DNA of 55,624 bases from contig JBBEBM010000078.1 in the NCBI GenBank assembly GCA_040882355.1, forward strand, positions 1 to 55,624. Direction: 5' to 3'. Source of the stretch: Dehalococcoidia bacterium. Its GTDB lineage: Bacteria; Chloroflexota; Dehalococcoidia; DSTF01; RBG-16-68-14. Of the stretch, positions 26,850-35,447 are shown piece after piece. A program made the translations under genes and the position numbers. The stretch's first letter is position 1; every line of letters begins with the position of its first letter. The notes under the pieces are model-generated. The model saw nothing but the letters and a program-made list of their open reading frames with translations, made no database searches and was not told where the DNA came from.

Positions 26850-27335
26850 TCATGGGAAGCTCACCGCTTCCTCAAGGCGAATGCAGGCCTCGATGCTCCC
26901 ACCTGTCTGCATCTCTGCTGTGTTCTGAAGCAAGTCCATGCACGACTCAAAGTCGTCGTCGCTCCCTGTGGGGAAGTAAGAGGAGTGAATGGCCTGAGGG
27001 ATCACCTGGTCGCGCGCTGCCATGATCAGAAGCAACCTTGCCACGGCCGCCTTCATCCCGGCCACATCGACGTCTTCAGGCGACGAGCCGGCTAGGAAGT
27101 CCTGGACGTTGCGTATGTCGTCGATTGTCGCATACGAGTCCAGCCTGTCGTCGACGTGTGACTCGATCTGCGCTTGTGTCTGGGTGGGTGTCATACCTTC
27201 CCCGTCTAGCCAGTAGTTCACTCCAACGGCGATTCCCGCCGCCCCCCCCCAAGCCAATGCCAAGAACAAGATGACCTGGAACGCACTGACCCTCATGCCG
27301 CCGTCGCTTGAATCGGGCTTCTTGCCTACGATCAC
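26850..27335 (-). CDS. Hypothetical membrane-anchored protein (lower GC)
   Basis: Fills the pyrC-carA gap; single TM; atypical codon use. Start could be the internal ATG (MRVSAF). Confidence 0.7.
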   Translation of the reverse strand: MIVGKKPDSSDGGMRVSAFQVILFLALAWGGAAGIAVGVNYWLDGEGMTPTQTQAQIESHVDDRLDSYATIDDIRNVQDFLAGSSPEDVDVAGMKAAVARLLLIMAARDQVIPQAIHSSYFPTGSDDDFESCMDLLQNTAEMQTGGSIEACIRLEEAVSFP

Positions 27336-27336
27336 A

Positions 27337-28659
27337 TCACGCCTCCTCTCGCCACACCACCGCGCCCGCCACCACCGTCGCCACCACGCGCCCTTTGAGC
27401 GTCCGGCCTGCCAGCGGCGTGTTCTTGCCCTTCGACGCGAAGCGCGCCGGCTCCACCGTCCACTCCGCGTTGGGGTCGAGCAGCACGACGTCGCCCGGCG
27501 CGCCCTCCGCCAGCGAGCCGAGGCCGGGCACGTGGCGCTCCAGGCCGAGCGCGCGCACCGGGCCCGCCGTGATGCGATCGATCAACGTTGGCAGGTCGAG
27601 GCCGCCCGATTCGACGAGGGTCATGCACAGCCCGAACGCCGTCTCGAGCCCGCTGATGCCGAAGTCCGCCTCGTCGAACTCGCGCGCCTTCTCGTAGCCG
27701 GCGTGGGGCGCATGGTCGGTGGCGATGGCGTCGATGACGCCGTCGCGCAGCGCCTCGACGCAGGCGGCGACGTCGTCTCGTGTGCGCAGGGGCGGGTTCA
27801 CCTTGGCGTTCGTATCGTAGCACAAGGTCTCACCCTCGTCGTTCGAGAACGCGACCGCGCGATGCGTGAGCGTGAGGTGGTGCGGCGTCACCTCGGCGGT
27901 CACCGGAGCGCCGTGCTCCTTCGCCGTCCGGATCAGGTCGATGGAGCGGCGCGTGGAGACGTGGGCGATGTGCACCGGCGCGCCGAGCTGCGTCGCAACG
28001 GCGATGTCGCGCGCCACGAATGCTTCCTCCGCGGCGGCGGGCTGGCCGCGCAGGCCGAGCCGCGTCGAGACCCAGCCTTCGTGCATCACGCCGCCCGCCG
28101 ACATCTCCGGGTCCTCGCAGTGATCGATGATCGCGAGGCCGTTGATGCGCGCGTACTCGAGCGCGTGCCGAAGGAGGGCGCCGTCGGCGACGGGCGCGCC
28201 GTCGTCGCTGAACGCGACGCAACCCGCGTCGGCGAGATCGCCCAGCTCGGCCAGCTCGCGGCCGGCGCGGCCCTGACTCACGCAGCCGATGGGCAGCACC
28301 CGCACGACTCCGTCGGCGGCTGCCGTGCGCAGCACGTACTCGACCGTTGCGCGCGTATCGATGGGTGGGTTCGTGTTGGGCATGCAGCAGACCGTCGTGA
28401 AGCCGCCGCGCGCCGCCGCCAGCGTGCCCGTGGCGATCGTCTCCTTGTACTCGAAGCCGGGGTCGCGCAGGTGGCAGTGCAGGTCGACGAACCCCGGCGC
28501 CACGACGAGCCCGCTCGCGTCGAGCACCTCCGCGCCGCCCGCTGCCAGGCCCGGGCCGACTGCTGCGACGCGCCCGTCGTGTATCAAGACGTCTCCCGCC
28601 AGGTCGACGCCGCGCCCGGGATCGAGTACGCGGCCGTTGCGGATCAGGAGGTCGCTCAT
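27337..28659 (-). CDS. pyrC: Dihydroorotase
   Basis: DLHCHLRDPG, MPNTNP, EVTPHH, NPPLR, ATDHAPH. Confidence 0.96.
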   Translation of the reverse strand: MSDLLIRNGRVLDPGRGVDLAGDVLIHDGRVAAVGPGLAAGGAEVLDASGLVVAPGFVDLHCHLRDPGFEYKETIATGTLAAARGGFTTVCCMPNTNPPIDTRATVEYVLRTAAADGVVRVLPIGCVSQGRAGRELAELGDLADAGCVAFSDDGAPVADGALLRHALEYARINGLAIIDHCEDPEMSAGGVMHEGWVSTRLGLRGQPAAAEEAFVARDIAVATQLGAPVHIAHVSTRRSIDLIRTAKEHGAPVTAEVTPHHLTLTHRAVAFSNDEGETLCYDTNAKVNPPLRTRDDVAACVEALRDGVIDAIATDHAPHAGYEKAREFDEADFGISGLETAFGLCMTLVESGGLDLPTLIDRITAGPVRALGLERHVPGLGSLAEGAPGDVVLLDPNAEWTVEPARFASKGKNTPLAGRTLKGRVVATVVAGAVVWREEA

Positions 28660-29066
28660 GACGTGCGAATAGTCCCCGGCGCCAGCTCAAGCACCCGCCA
28701 CGTGTCCGCGATCTCGCGCCACTCGTCCATCGTCTGCTTCCGTTCCGGCTGCGAGAGGTCGCCCCAGTAGCGCTTCGCCAGCCGTTCGGCCAGATCGTAG
28801 CCGCCGTCGCGGTTGATCGTCACCCGTCCGTCGAAGGCCACCCAGGCCTCTTTCTCGCCAACAGCGTTGGCGACGAGCAGCGAGGCGCGCGGATCACGCT
28901 TGAGGCGCTTTACCTTCGCCGAGGCAACGCTGGTGAAGATGCGCGCGGCACTCCCGTCCCACTCGAACCACACGGGCAGCGCAACCGGGAAGCCATCGCT
29001 CCGCAGCGTCGCGAGTATGCCGAGCCGCGGGCTAGCGAGAAACGCCTCGCGTTCGGCGTCAGTCAT
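28656..29066 (-). CDS. PPOX/pyridoxamine-oxidase-like (probable F420-dependent) protein
   Basis: LATLRSDGFP..LPVWF, AKVKRLKRDPRASL. Confidence 0.88.
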   Translation of the reverse strand: MTDAEREAFLASPRLGILATLRSDGFPVALPVWFEWDGSAARIFTSVASAKVKRLKRDPRASLLVANAVGEKEAWVAFDGRVTINRDGGYDLAERLAKRYWGDLSQPERKQTMDEWREIADTWRVLELAPGTIRTS

Positions 29067-29068
29067 GC

Positions 29069-30133
29069 TCACTCCGGCTGCCCTCCTCTCAGTAGCAGGT
29101 AGAGCACGGCCATCCGCACCGCCACGCCGTTCGTCACCTGCTCCTCGATGAGCGAGCGCGCGCCGTGGGCGACCTCGGCGGAGATCTCGACGCCCTCGTT
29201 GATCGGGCCCGGATGCAGCGCGAAGGCGCCCGGCTTGGCGCGCGCCATGCGGTCGCCGGTGATCTGGTAGAGGCGAGAGTACTCGCGCAGGCTCGGGATC
29301 AGCCCGCTCGCCTGCCGTTCTCTCTGGAGGCGGAGCGCCATCACGACGTCCGCGCCCTCGATCGCGCGGTCGAGGTCGTGCTCGACGCGCACCGGCGGCA
29401 GGCCTGCCCTGAGCGAAGTCGAAGGGTCCCGCTGCTCTGAGTCGTCGTCGCGCGAACCATCGAGCCCGACTGGTAGCAGCGTAGGCGGGCCGCACACCGT
29501 GACCTCGGCGCCGAGCGCGGTGAGCCCCCACATGTTCGAGCGCGCGACGCGGCTGTGCAGGATGTCGCCGACGATAACGACCCTACGGCCGCGCAGGTCG
29601 CCGAGCCGGGAGCGGATCGTGTAGGCGTCGAGCAGCGCCTGCGTGGGGTGGGCGTGCCAGCCGTCGCCGCCGTTGACGACGTGGAAGTTGGCCTCACGCG
29701 CGGCGAGGTACGGCGCGCCCGATGCGCGGTGGCGGAGCACGACCACGTCCGCGCCGATCGCCTGGATCGTGAGCACCGTGTCGATGAGCGATTCGCCCTT
29801 CTTGACGCTGCTCGCTTCGGCCGCGATGTTGATCACGTCCGCGCCCAGCACCTTGCCCGCCAGCTCGAACGACGCGCGCGTGCGCGTGCTCGACTCGTAG
29901 AAGAGCGTAACGATCGTCGAGCCGCGCAGCGTCGGCACGCGGGGCACCTCGCGGGCGAGCACCTCCTTCATCGCGTCCGTCGTCTCGAGCACGAGCTCCA
30001 GCTCCGCGGCCGAGAAGTCGTCGAGGTCGAGCAGGTGGCGGCGGCGCCAGACCGGCGCGGACGGCGGCTCGGGCGATGGCTCTCGTGGCACGTTCGCCGG
30101 TTGCGGTCGTGGTGGTGAGCTGGTCTTCGCCAT
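29069..30133 (-). CDS. pyrB: Aspartate carbamoyltransferase catalytic subunit
   Basis: SSTRTR, KGESLIDT, HPTQALLD, LRLQRER, HPGPINEGVEI. Confidence 0.97.
   Translation of the reverse strand: MAKTSSPPRPQPANVPREPSPEPPSAPVWRRRHLLDLDDFSAAELELVLETTDAMKEVLAREVPRVPTLRGSTIVTLFYESSTRTRASFELAGKVLGADVINIAAEASSVKKGESLIDTVLTIQAIGADVVVLRHRASGAPYLAAREANFHVVNGGDGWHAHPTQALLDAYTIRSRLGDLRGRRVVIVGDILHSRVARSNMWGLTALGAEVTVCGPPTLLPVGLDGSRDDDSEQRDPSTSLRAGLPPVRVEHDLDRAIEGADVVMALRLQRERQASGLIPSLREYSRLYQITGDRMARAKPGAFALHPGPINEGVEISAEVAHGARSLIEEQVTNGVAVRMAVLYLLLRGGQPE
29402..29426 (+). repeat. Short palindromic repeat inside the pyrB coding frame
   Basis: GCCTGCCCTGAGCGAAGTCGAAGGG; compare 39793-39816 and 44228-44247. 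Encodes PSTSLRAG. Confidence 0.8.
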
Positions 30134-30138
30134 GATGG

Positions 30139-31614
30139 TTACCTCCATTCGTTCGGGACAGGCCGGGCGGCCGGCGGGTGCTCGGCGTGGTCGACCGTCT
30201 CCCTCGCGGTGCGCAGCGCCCGCGCCAGGATCCAGGCGCCTTCGGCGGCCCAGATGCTCATGATCGGGAACAGCGGCACGTGAAAGCGAGGCTCGCCGAA
30301 GAAGAGCAGTGGCACGAGCGCCAGCGCGAGGAACGATGCGCCCAGCAGGCCCCGGTAGACCGACGGCGCTGAGAGCGTCGTGATCGCCCCGACGACGGCG
30401 AGCGGCAGCAGCAGGAAGTAGACGCCGTTCGTCAGGTAGGTGAGCGGGTCGATCACCTCCGCGCTGACGATGGTCGTGGAGTCGCTCTCCGGCAGGTTGT
30501 CGTTGAACGCCCACTTGCTCACGTAGGTCCAGTCTTCGCGGAAGGTGTAGAGCCCCTTCACCAACGATAGGCGGACGAACTGGAGCGGCTGCTCGCGCAT
30601 GCACTGCAGCGCCAGCCTCTGCGCCTCGGCGTCGTTCGCGCGCTCGTCGGACGTGTTGAGCGAATCGGGGGCGTCGCCCGACCACCAGTCCATCCACTCG
30701 CCGTTCGAGGTCAGCTTCCCATTGGAGTTCTGGTGGCAGCCGATCCAGAGGTTGATGCCGCCGTTGTTGCTCACCAGACTCCAGCCGCCCACCTCGCGGT
30801 TGTTGCGCAGCTCCCACGGCACGAGTACGACGAGCGCGACCGCCGCGCCGACGAGGACGTGCGTGAGCGCGACTCGCGGGCTGATCGACTGACTCAGCAG
30901 CAGCACGAGCGGCAGCGGCAGCAAGACGATGCCGAGCGGCCGGATGAAGGCGGCGCAGCCGAGCGCGAGCCCGAAGCCGATCGCGGTGAACCACGCCCAG
31001 TCCGGGCGGCGAACGCCGAGCACCAGCGCGATCAGCGCCAGCATGACGAGCGCGACGAACGACTCCTCGGACATGAGAGCGGAGGTGAAGAGGAAGCGGC
31101 TCGGGATCAGCGCGTAGATGACGGCGCTGAGCAGGCCGAGGCGAGGGCCCTTGAGCAGCGTTGCCAGCGCGAAGACGAGGCCGATGTTCAGCGTGGCGAG
31201 CGTGACGTTGATCACCTGGCCGCTCTGGATCATCGCGCCGCAGCCCGCGAACTCCGGCCACTGCGAGACGTCGCAGTTCGCGGTGTCGATGCCGAGGAGC
31301 TGCCAGACGTGGCCCAGAAGCCAGGGGAAGCCCACCGGGTGGAACGCCGTCGGCGGGTTCCCGGCCTTGAACGGGTGGCTGTAGCCGTTGCCGTCCGCGA
31401 TCGACTTCGCCCCGCGGAAGTAGAAGTCGGCGTCGGCCCAGGGGACGTTGTCAGCGAAGGCGATCCAGAGCAGTCCGAAGGTGAAGTAGACGCCGAGCAG
31501 CCCTGCCAGCGCCCACCAGATCCACGAGGGGATCGGGGCCGTCGGCCGGCGCGTCTGATACGCGACCAGCTCGTCCGGCCAGGGCGGCGGCCGCGTCGGC
31601 GCGGCGGTGCTCAC
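30139..31614 (-). CDS. GT-C fold (ArnT/PMT-like) membrane glycosyltransferase
   Basis: Polytopic. ADADFY...[43 protein letters not shown]. Confidence 0.82.
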   Translation of the reverse strand: MSTAAPTRPPPWPDELVAYQTRRPTAPIPSWIWWALAGLLGVYFTFGLLWIAFADNVPWADADFYFRGAKSIADGNGYSHPFKAGNPPTAFHPVGFPWLLGHVWQLLGIDTANCDVSQWPEFAGCGAMIQSGQVINVTLATLNIGLVFALATLLKGPRLGLLSAVIYALIPSRFLFTSALMSEESFVALVMLALIALVLGVRRPDWAWFTAIGFGLALGCAAFIRPLGIVLLPLPLVLLLSQSISPRVALTHVLVGAAVALVVLVPWELRNNREVGGWSLVSNNGGINLWIGCHQNSNGKLTSNGEWMDWWSGDAPDSLNTSDERANDAEAQRLALQCMREQPLQFVRLSLVKGLYTFREDWTYVSKWAFNDNLPESDSTTIVSAEVIDPLTYLTNGVYFLLLPLAVVGAITTLSAPSVYRGLLGASFLALALVPLLFFGEPRFHVPLFPIMSIWAAEGAWILARALRTARETVDHAEHPPAARPVPNEWR

Positions 31615-32150
31615 TCCTTGCGCTCCACGACGAGCACCTCGTCGGCGCCGTCCGTCTCCTCCAGGTGAACGAGCACCTCGTCCTGCTGCGAAGTCGGGAT
31701 GTTCTTGCCCACGAAGTCGGCCCGGATCGGCAGCTCGCGGTGGCCGCGGTCGACCAGCACGGCGAGCTGGATGCGCTGCGGGCGACCGTAGTCGATGAGG
31801 GCGTCGAGCGCGGCGCGCAGGCTGCGCCCTGTGTAGAGCACGTCGTCGACGAGGACGACGCGCTTGTCCGCGATGTCCTCCGGCAGCTCGCTCGGCTTGA
31901 TCTCGACACCGGTGCCGCGCGCGGGCAGGTCGTCGCGGTAGAGGCCGATGTCGAGCGCGCCGACCGGCACGTCCTCGCCTTCGAACTCGCGGATCACGTT
32001 GGCGATGCGTTGGGCGAGCGGGACCCCTCGCGTGCGCATCCCGACGAGGATCAGGTCGCGGACGCCGCGATTCTGCTCGACGATCTCGTGGGCGACGCGG
32101 ACGATGGCCCGGCGCACGTCGTCAGCCGACATAACGACGGAGTCAGGCAT
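31611..32150 (-). CDS. pyrR: Bifunctional pyrimidine regulator/uracil phosphoribosyltransferase
   Basis: [41 protein letters not shown]. Confidence 0.97.
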   Translation of the reverse strand: MPDSVVMSADDVRRAIVRVAHEIVEQNRGVRDLILVGMRTRGVPLAQRIANVIREFEGEDVPVGALDIGLYRDDLPARGTGVEIKPSELPEDIADKRVVLVDDVLYTGRSLRAALDALIDYGRPQRIQLAVLVDRGHRELPIRADFVGKNIPTSQQDEVLVHLEETDGADEVLVVERKE

Positions 32151-32275
32151 AACAAAACCCCCACTCCGCCCGAAACGGACTGGGGGATCGCCTTGGGTTG
32201 CGCGTGATAGTCTTGAGCGGGCTTGGTGGCCGCACGTTCATCCCTTCCCGGCCTCACCGGACCGGATTAAAGGCG
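32151..32275 (-). promoter_or_regulatory. PyrR-binding RNA leader / attenuator
   Basis: CCTTTAA-TCCGGTCCGGTGAGGCCGGG-AAGG matches the PyrR binding-loop consensus. Downstream hairpin CCCCCAGTCCG...CGGAGTGGGGG-TTTTGTT abuts the ATG. Confidence 0.88.
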
Positions 32276-32455
32276 TAGCTTCTGCAGATCAATGTACCAG
32301 GAGCGCCTGAATGACGCAACCAGCGCCGCTTGACGCCGGTGCCCCGCGTGCTATGCTCGATCGCGGGGCTATTCTCATGGACGGGATGCGCCATATGGTG
32401 GGAACGGTCGAAGATAGTGGCGGTACTTGCCATGCGCCTCGAACGTAAGCAGACC

Positions 32456-33106
32456 ATGGAACGCCTCCCGCTCTTCCCCCTGCGTACTGTCCTCTTTCCG
32501 GGCGTGGCGCTACCGGTCCACGTCTTCGAGGAGCGCTACCGGCTGATGATCGGGCGCTGCATCGACGAGCGGGCGCCCTTCGGCGTGACGCTGATCCGCT
32601 CGGGCGAGGAGGTCGGCGGCCCGGCTGACCCGTTCGACATCGGCTGCTCGGCTGGCATCGCCCGCGTCCAGCGCCTCCCCGACGGCAAGCTGAACCTGAT
32701 CGTGCTGGGCGAGCGTCGCTTCCGCATCGCTGCGGTGGACAGCACGGAGCCATACCTGGTGGGCGACGTCGAGTTTCTGGAGAGCGAAGACGCCGATACT
32801 GAGGAGGCGCAGGAGGAGGCGGGCCGGGTCGCGGCGCTCTTCGGCGAGCAGTCGCGGCTGAAGATGGCGATCACCGGCCAGTGGTCGCGCGAGCTCAACA
32901 TGCCACAGGAGCCGGACGCCCTCGCCGATTTCGTCGCGGGCAACATGGACGCCTCGCCGCTCGCGAAGCAAGCGCTGCTGGAGCAGCTTAACGTGCCCGA
33001 GCGCCTCCGCATGGAGTCGGAGCTGCTGGGCGAGCGCATCCGCACGTTGAATGAGCGCTGGCAGCGCGCCCACCGCGAGAAGTTCACGGGCGCCGCGCTG
33101 AACTGA
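32456..33106 (+). CDS. LON peptidase substrate-binding (N-terminal) domain protein
   Basis: LPLFPL.TVLFPG..LPVHVFEERYRLMI, G..RFRI. Confidence 0.92.
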   Translation: MERLPLFPLRTVLFPGVALPVHVFEERYRLMIGRCIDERAPFGVTLIRSGEEVGGPADPFDIGCSAGIARVQRLPDGKLNLIVLGERRFRIAAVDSTEPYLVGDVEFLESEDADTEEAQEEAGRVAALFGEQSRLKMAITGQWSRELNMPQEPDALADFVAGNMDASPLAKQALLEQLNVPERLRMESELLGERIRTLNERWQRAHREKFTGAALN

Positions 33107-33140
33107 GGCGCGCGGGCGGCTTGCACCTGGGGAAGAAGCA

Positions 33141-33223
33141 GGGAGTGCAGGGGGCGCAGCGCCCCTGCCGGGGGTCTGGGGGTGTCCCCCAGGCCGCTAC
33201 CTTCCTGGGCGGGCGGGTGGGAA
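33141..33223 (+). repeat. ~85-bp G-rich dispersed repeat, copy 2
   Basis: Homologous to 5744-5831. Confidence 0.8.
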
Positions 33224-33241
33224 GAGATACATCCCGATTCT

Positions 33242-34279
33242 CTAGACCTCCACCGTCACCTTGATCGAGCGCTGCGACTTGTCGTTCGCCGTCGCGAAGC
33301 CGCCCGCGATCTCGTCCAGCCCGACGCGGTGCGTGATCAGCCGTCGCAGGTCTTCGACGCGCCGTGACGCGATCTCGAGCGCGATCTGGAAGTCAGAGCG
33401 AGAGTCGGGCAGGCCGTAGGTGATGCCGCCGACCAGCGAGACCTCCTTCAGCACTGCGAGCGTCGCATTCAGTGGCGGCGCCTCTGTGAAGATGCCGAGC
33501 ACAGAGACGCGGCCGCCCGGGCGGATGAGGCTGATCGCCTGATTCAACGTCTCGCCGTGGCCTCCTACCGTCTCGACGACGACCTCCGGCAGGCGTCCGC
33601 CTAACGCCGTGAGCATCTCCTGCACCGCGCCGTCATTCGCCTCGACGACGCCGTCCGCGCCGAGCGCGCGCGCGGTCTCGATCTGGTGCGGGTAGCGCGC
33701 CGTGGCGAAGACGTCCGACGCGCCCATCGCGCGCGCGCCGATCAGCGCCATCAGCCCGATCGTGCCCGAGCCGAGCACGACGACTCGTTGGCCGAAGCGG
33801 AGGCCCACCTGGCGCAGGCCGTGCACCGCGACGGCCAGCGGCTCGATGAGCGCGCCGACCTCGAAGTCAACGTTGTCCGGCAGTGGGTGGACGATGTAGG
33901 CGGGCACGTCGACGTACTCGGCGAAGGCGCCGGGCAGCATCGTGCCCATGAACTTGCGCTGCGGGCAGAGCTGGAAGTCGCCGACGCGACAGAAGTCGCA
34001 CTCACGGCAGACCTCCACCGGCTCGATGCAGACGCGCTGGCCGGCCGTGAGCCCGGTCACGCCCTCACCGAGCGCCGCGATCTCGCCGGCGGGCTCGTGG
34101 CCCATGCGCAGGCCGGTCGGGGCGGGGAACTCGCCTCGATAGAAGTGGAGGTCGCTGCCGCAGATACCGCAGTTGCGGACGCGCACGCTGACGCGGCCCG
34201 GACCGGGCTCCGGCGCGTCGACCTGCTGGATCTCGATGGCTTGGGGGCCGGTGAGTACGGCCGCTCGCATGGTGGTCAT
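33242..34279 (-). CDS. Zinc-dependent medium-chain alcohol dehydrogenase
   Basis: CGICGSDLH, GHE, CRECDFC...C, GSGTIG. Confidence 0.94.
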   Translation of the reverse strand: MTTMRAAVLTGPQAIEIQQVDAPEPGPGRVSVRVRNCGICGSDLHFYRGEFPAPTGLRMGHEPAGEIAALGEGVTGLTAGQRVCIEPVEVCRECDFCRVGDFQLCPQRKFMGTMLPGAFAEYVDVPAYIVHPLPDNVDFEVGALIEPLAVAVHGLRQVGLRFGQRVVVLGSGTIGLMALIGARAMGASDVFATARYPHQIETARALGADGVVEANDGAVQEMLTALGGRLPEVVVETVGGHGETLNQAISLIRPGGRVSVLGIFTEAPPLNATLAVLKEVSLVGGITYGLPDSRSDFQIALEIASRRVEDLRRLITHRVGLDEIAGGFATANDKSQRSIKVTVEV

Positions 34280-34298
34280 GGGAATGCTCCTTGGTGTT

Positions 34299-34450
34299 GG
34301 CCACAGATTGGCACAGATTAACACAGATGGTGAGTGGTTGGTCGCTCAGCGGACGAAGCCTGGGGGACCGAACCACGATCCGCTCCACGCACACAGGCAG
34401 CAGCGGTTGAGTCGCCAAGTATCTGTGCCAATCTGTGTTCATCTGTGGCC
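34299..34450. repeat. Inverted pair of decamer (CACAGAT-core) tandem repeats
   Basis: GGCCACAGATTGGCACAGATTAACACAGAT (34299-34328) and ATCTGTGCCAATCTGTGTTCATCTGTGGCC (34421-34450); third copy at 40030-40058. Confidence 0.8.
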
Positions 34451-34475
34451 GTGACACGCTATGATGGCGTCAACC

Positions 34476-35303
34476 ATGCGCGCAGTCAACCAACCCGAGA
34501 GCTGGTGGGGCTGGCACGGCTGGAACCAGCCCGAGCCCCTTTCGATCGTGCAGATCATGCAGGCCGGCACGCTGCCGCCTCGGCTGGCGGCTGCGTTCTG
34601 GCTCGGCCTGGAGCGCGGCGCCTCCTTCATCTTCGCGGCGGACCCGCCCGGCGCCGGCAAGACGACGATCCTCACCGCGCTGCTCGCCTTCGCGCCGGTT
34701 GACACCGTCGCCTACTTCACGCGCGGCTGGGGCGAGACGTTCGAGCTGCCGCCGCCCAGCGACGACTACCCGACCTACCTGATGGTGAACGAGATGAGCG
34801 ACCACCTGCCCGTCTACTCCTGGGGCCCGTACGTGCTGAAGACGTTTGAGCTGCTCACGGAAGGATACTCCGTCTGCACGACAGTCCACGCAGATACCGT
34901 GCCCGCCGTGATCGAGCAGCTCGAAGTCGAGGTCGGCGTGCCGCGTGAGCACCTGGCGCGGCTCACCTTCATCGTGCCGCTCGCCATCGGCCACCGCGAC
35001 GGGCAATCGATCCGCCGTGTGCGCGACGTCGGCCTGCTCGGCCCGGGCGACGACGGAGTGAGCGTGCGCAGCGTCGCTTCATGGGACGAGAAGGGCGACA
35101 CGTTCGCGGTGCTCGACTCCGCTGACGAGCGCGCGGCTCTCGCGCGCCGTCTCGGCCTGGACGACGACGAGTTCGACCGTGGCCTCTCGGAGCGCGAGGC
35201 GTTCCTGGCGCGTCTTCTGGCCGAAGGCGTCTCGGCCATCAACGACGTGCAGGAGGCGGTGGACGCCTTCCGAAAGGGCGGCGCCGCGCAATCATTGTCG
35301 TAG
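34476..35303 (+). CDS. Stand-alone P-loop ATPase related to type II/IV secretion (CpaF/VirB11-like) ATPases
   Basis: PPGAGKTT Walker A, LMVNE Walker B, TTVHAD His-box, IRRVRDV. Confidence 0.75.
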   Translation: MRAVNQPESWWGWHGWNQPEPLSIVQIMQAGTLPPRLAAAFWLGLERGASFIFAADPPGAGKTTILTALLAFAPVDTVAYFTRGWGETFELPPPSDDYPTYLMVNEMSDHLPVYSWGPYVLKTFELLTEGYSVCTTVHADTVPAVIEQLEVEVGVPREHLARLTFIVPLAIGHRDGQSIRRVRDVGLLGPGDDGVSVRSVASWDEKGDTFAVLDSADERAALARRLGLDDDEFDRGLSEREAFLARLLAEGVSAINDVQEAVDAFRKGGAAQSLS

Positions 35304-35325
35304 CCCAGGCCTTCGACCTTGGCGG
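35300..35325 (+). repeat. REP-like hairpin overlapping the ATPase stop
   Basis: GTAGCCCAGGCCTTCGACCTTGGCGG; direct-repeat partner at 37158-37182. Confidence 0.65.
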
Positions 35326-35447
35326 TGTCAATGGCTCTAGAAGCTGATTCGCATAGGCCAGTTACGGTTTACCATTGCTTGTAAGACAAGCCCCGTGATA
35401 CGGTTCATGGGTGGCAGGGTAGGATGATCCAAGGAGGGAGGGTTCCT

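Noticed and set aside
29069..31261. 730-aa PyrB fusion, and similar extended ORFs (14178-15383, 15023-16315, 46601-48421)
   Set aside because: The extensions run through neighbouring genes in other frames; the real starts are internal.
34299..34450. Repeat clusters as a CRISPR array
   Set aside because: There are no regularly spaced identical repeats with unique spacers and no cas genes in the window.
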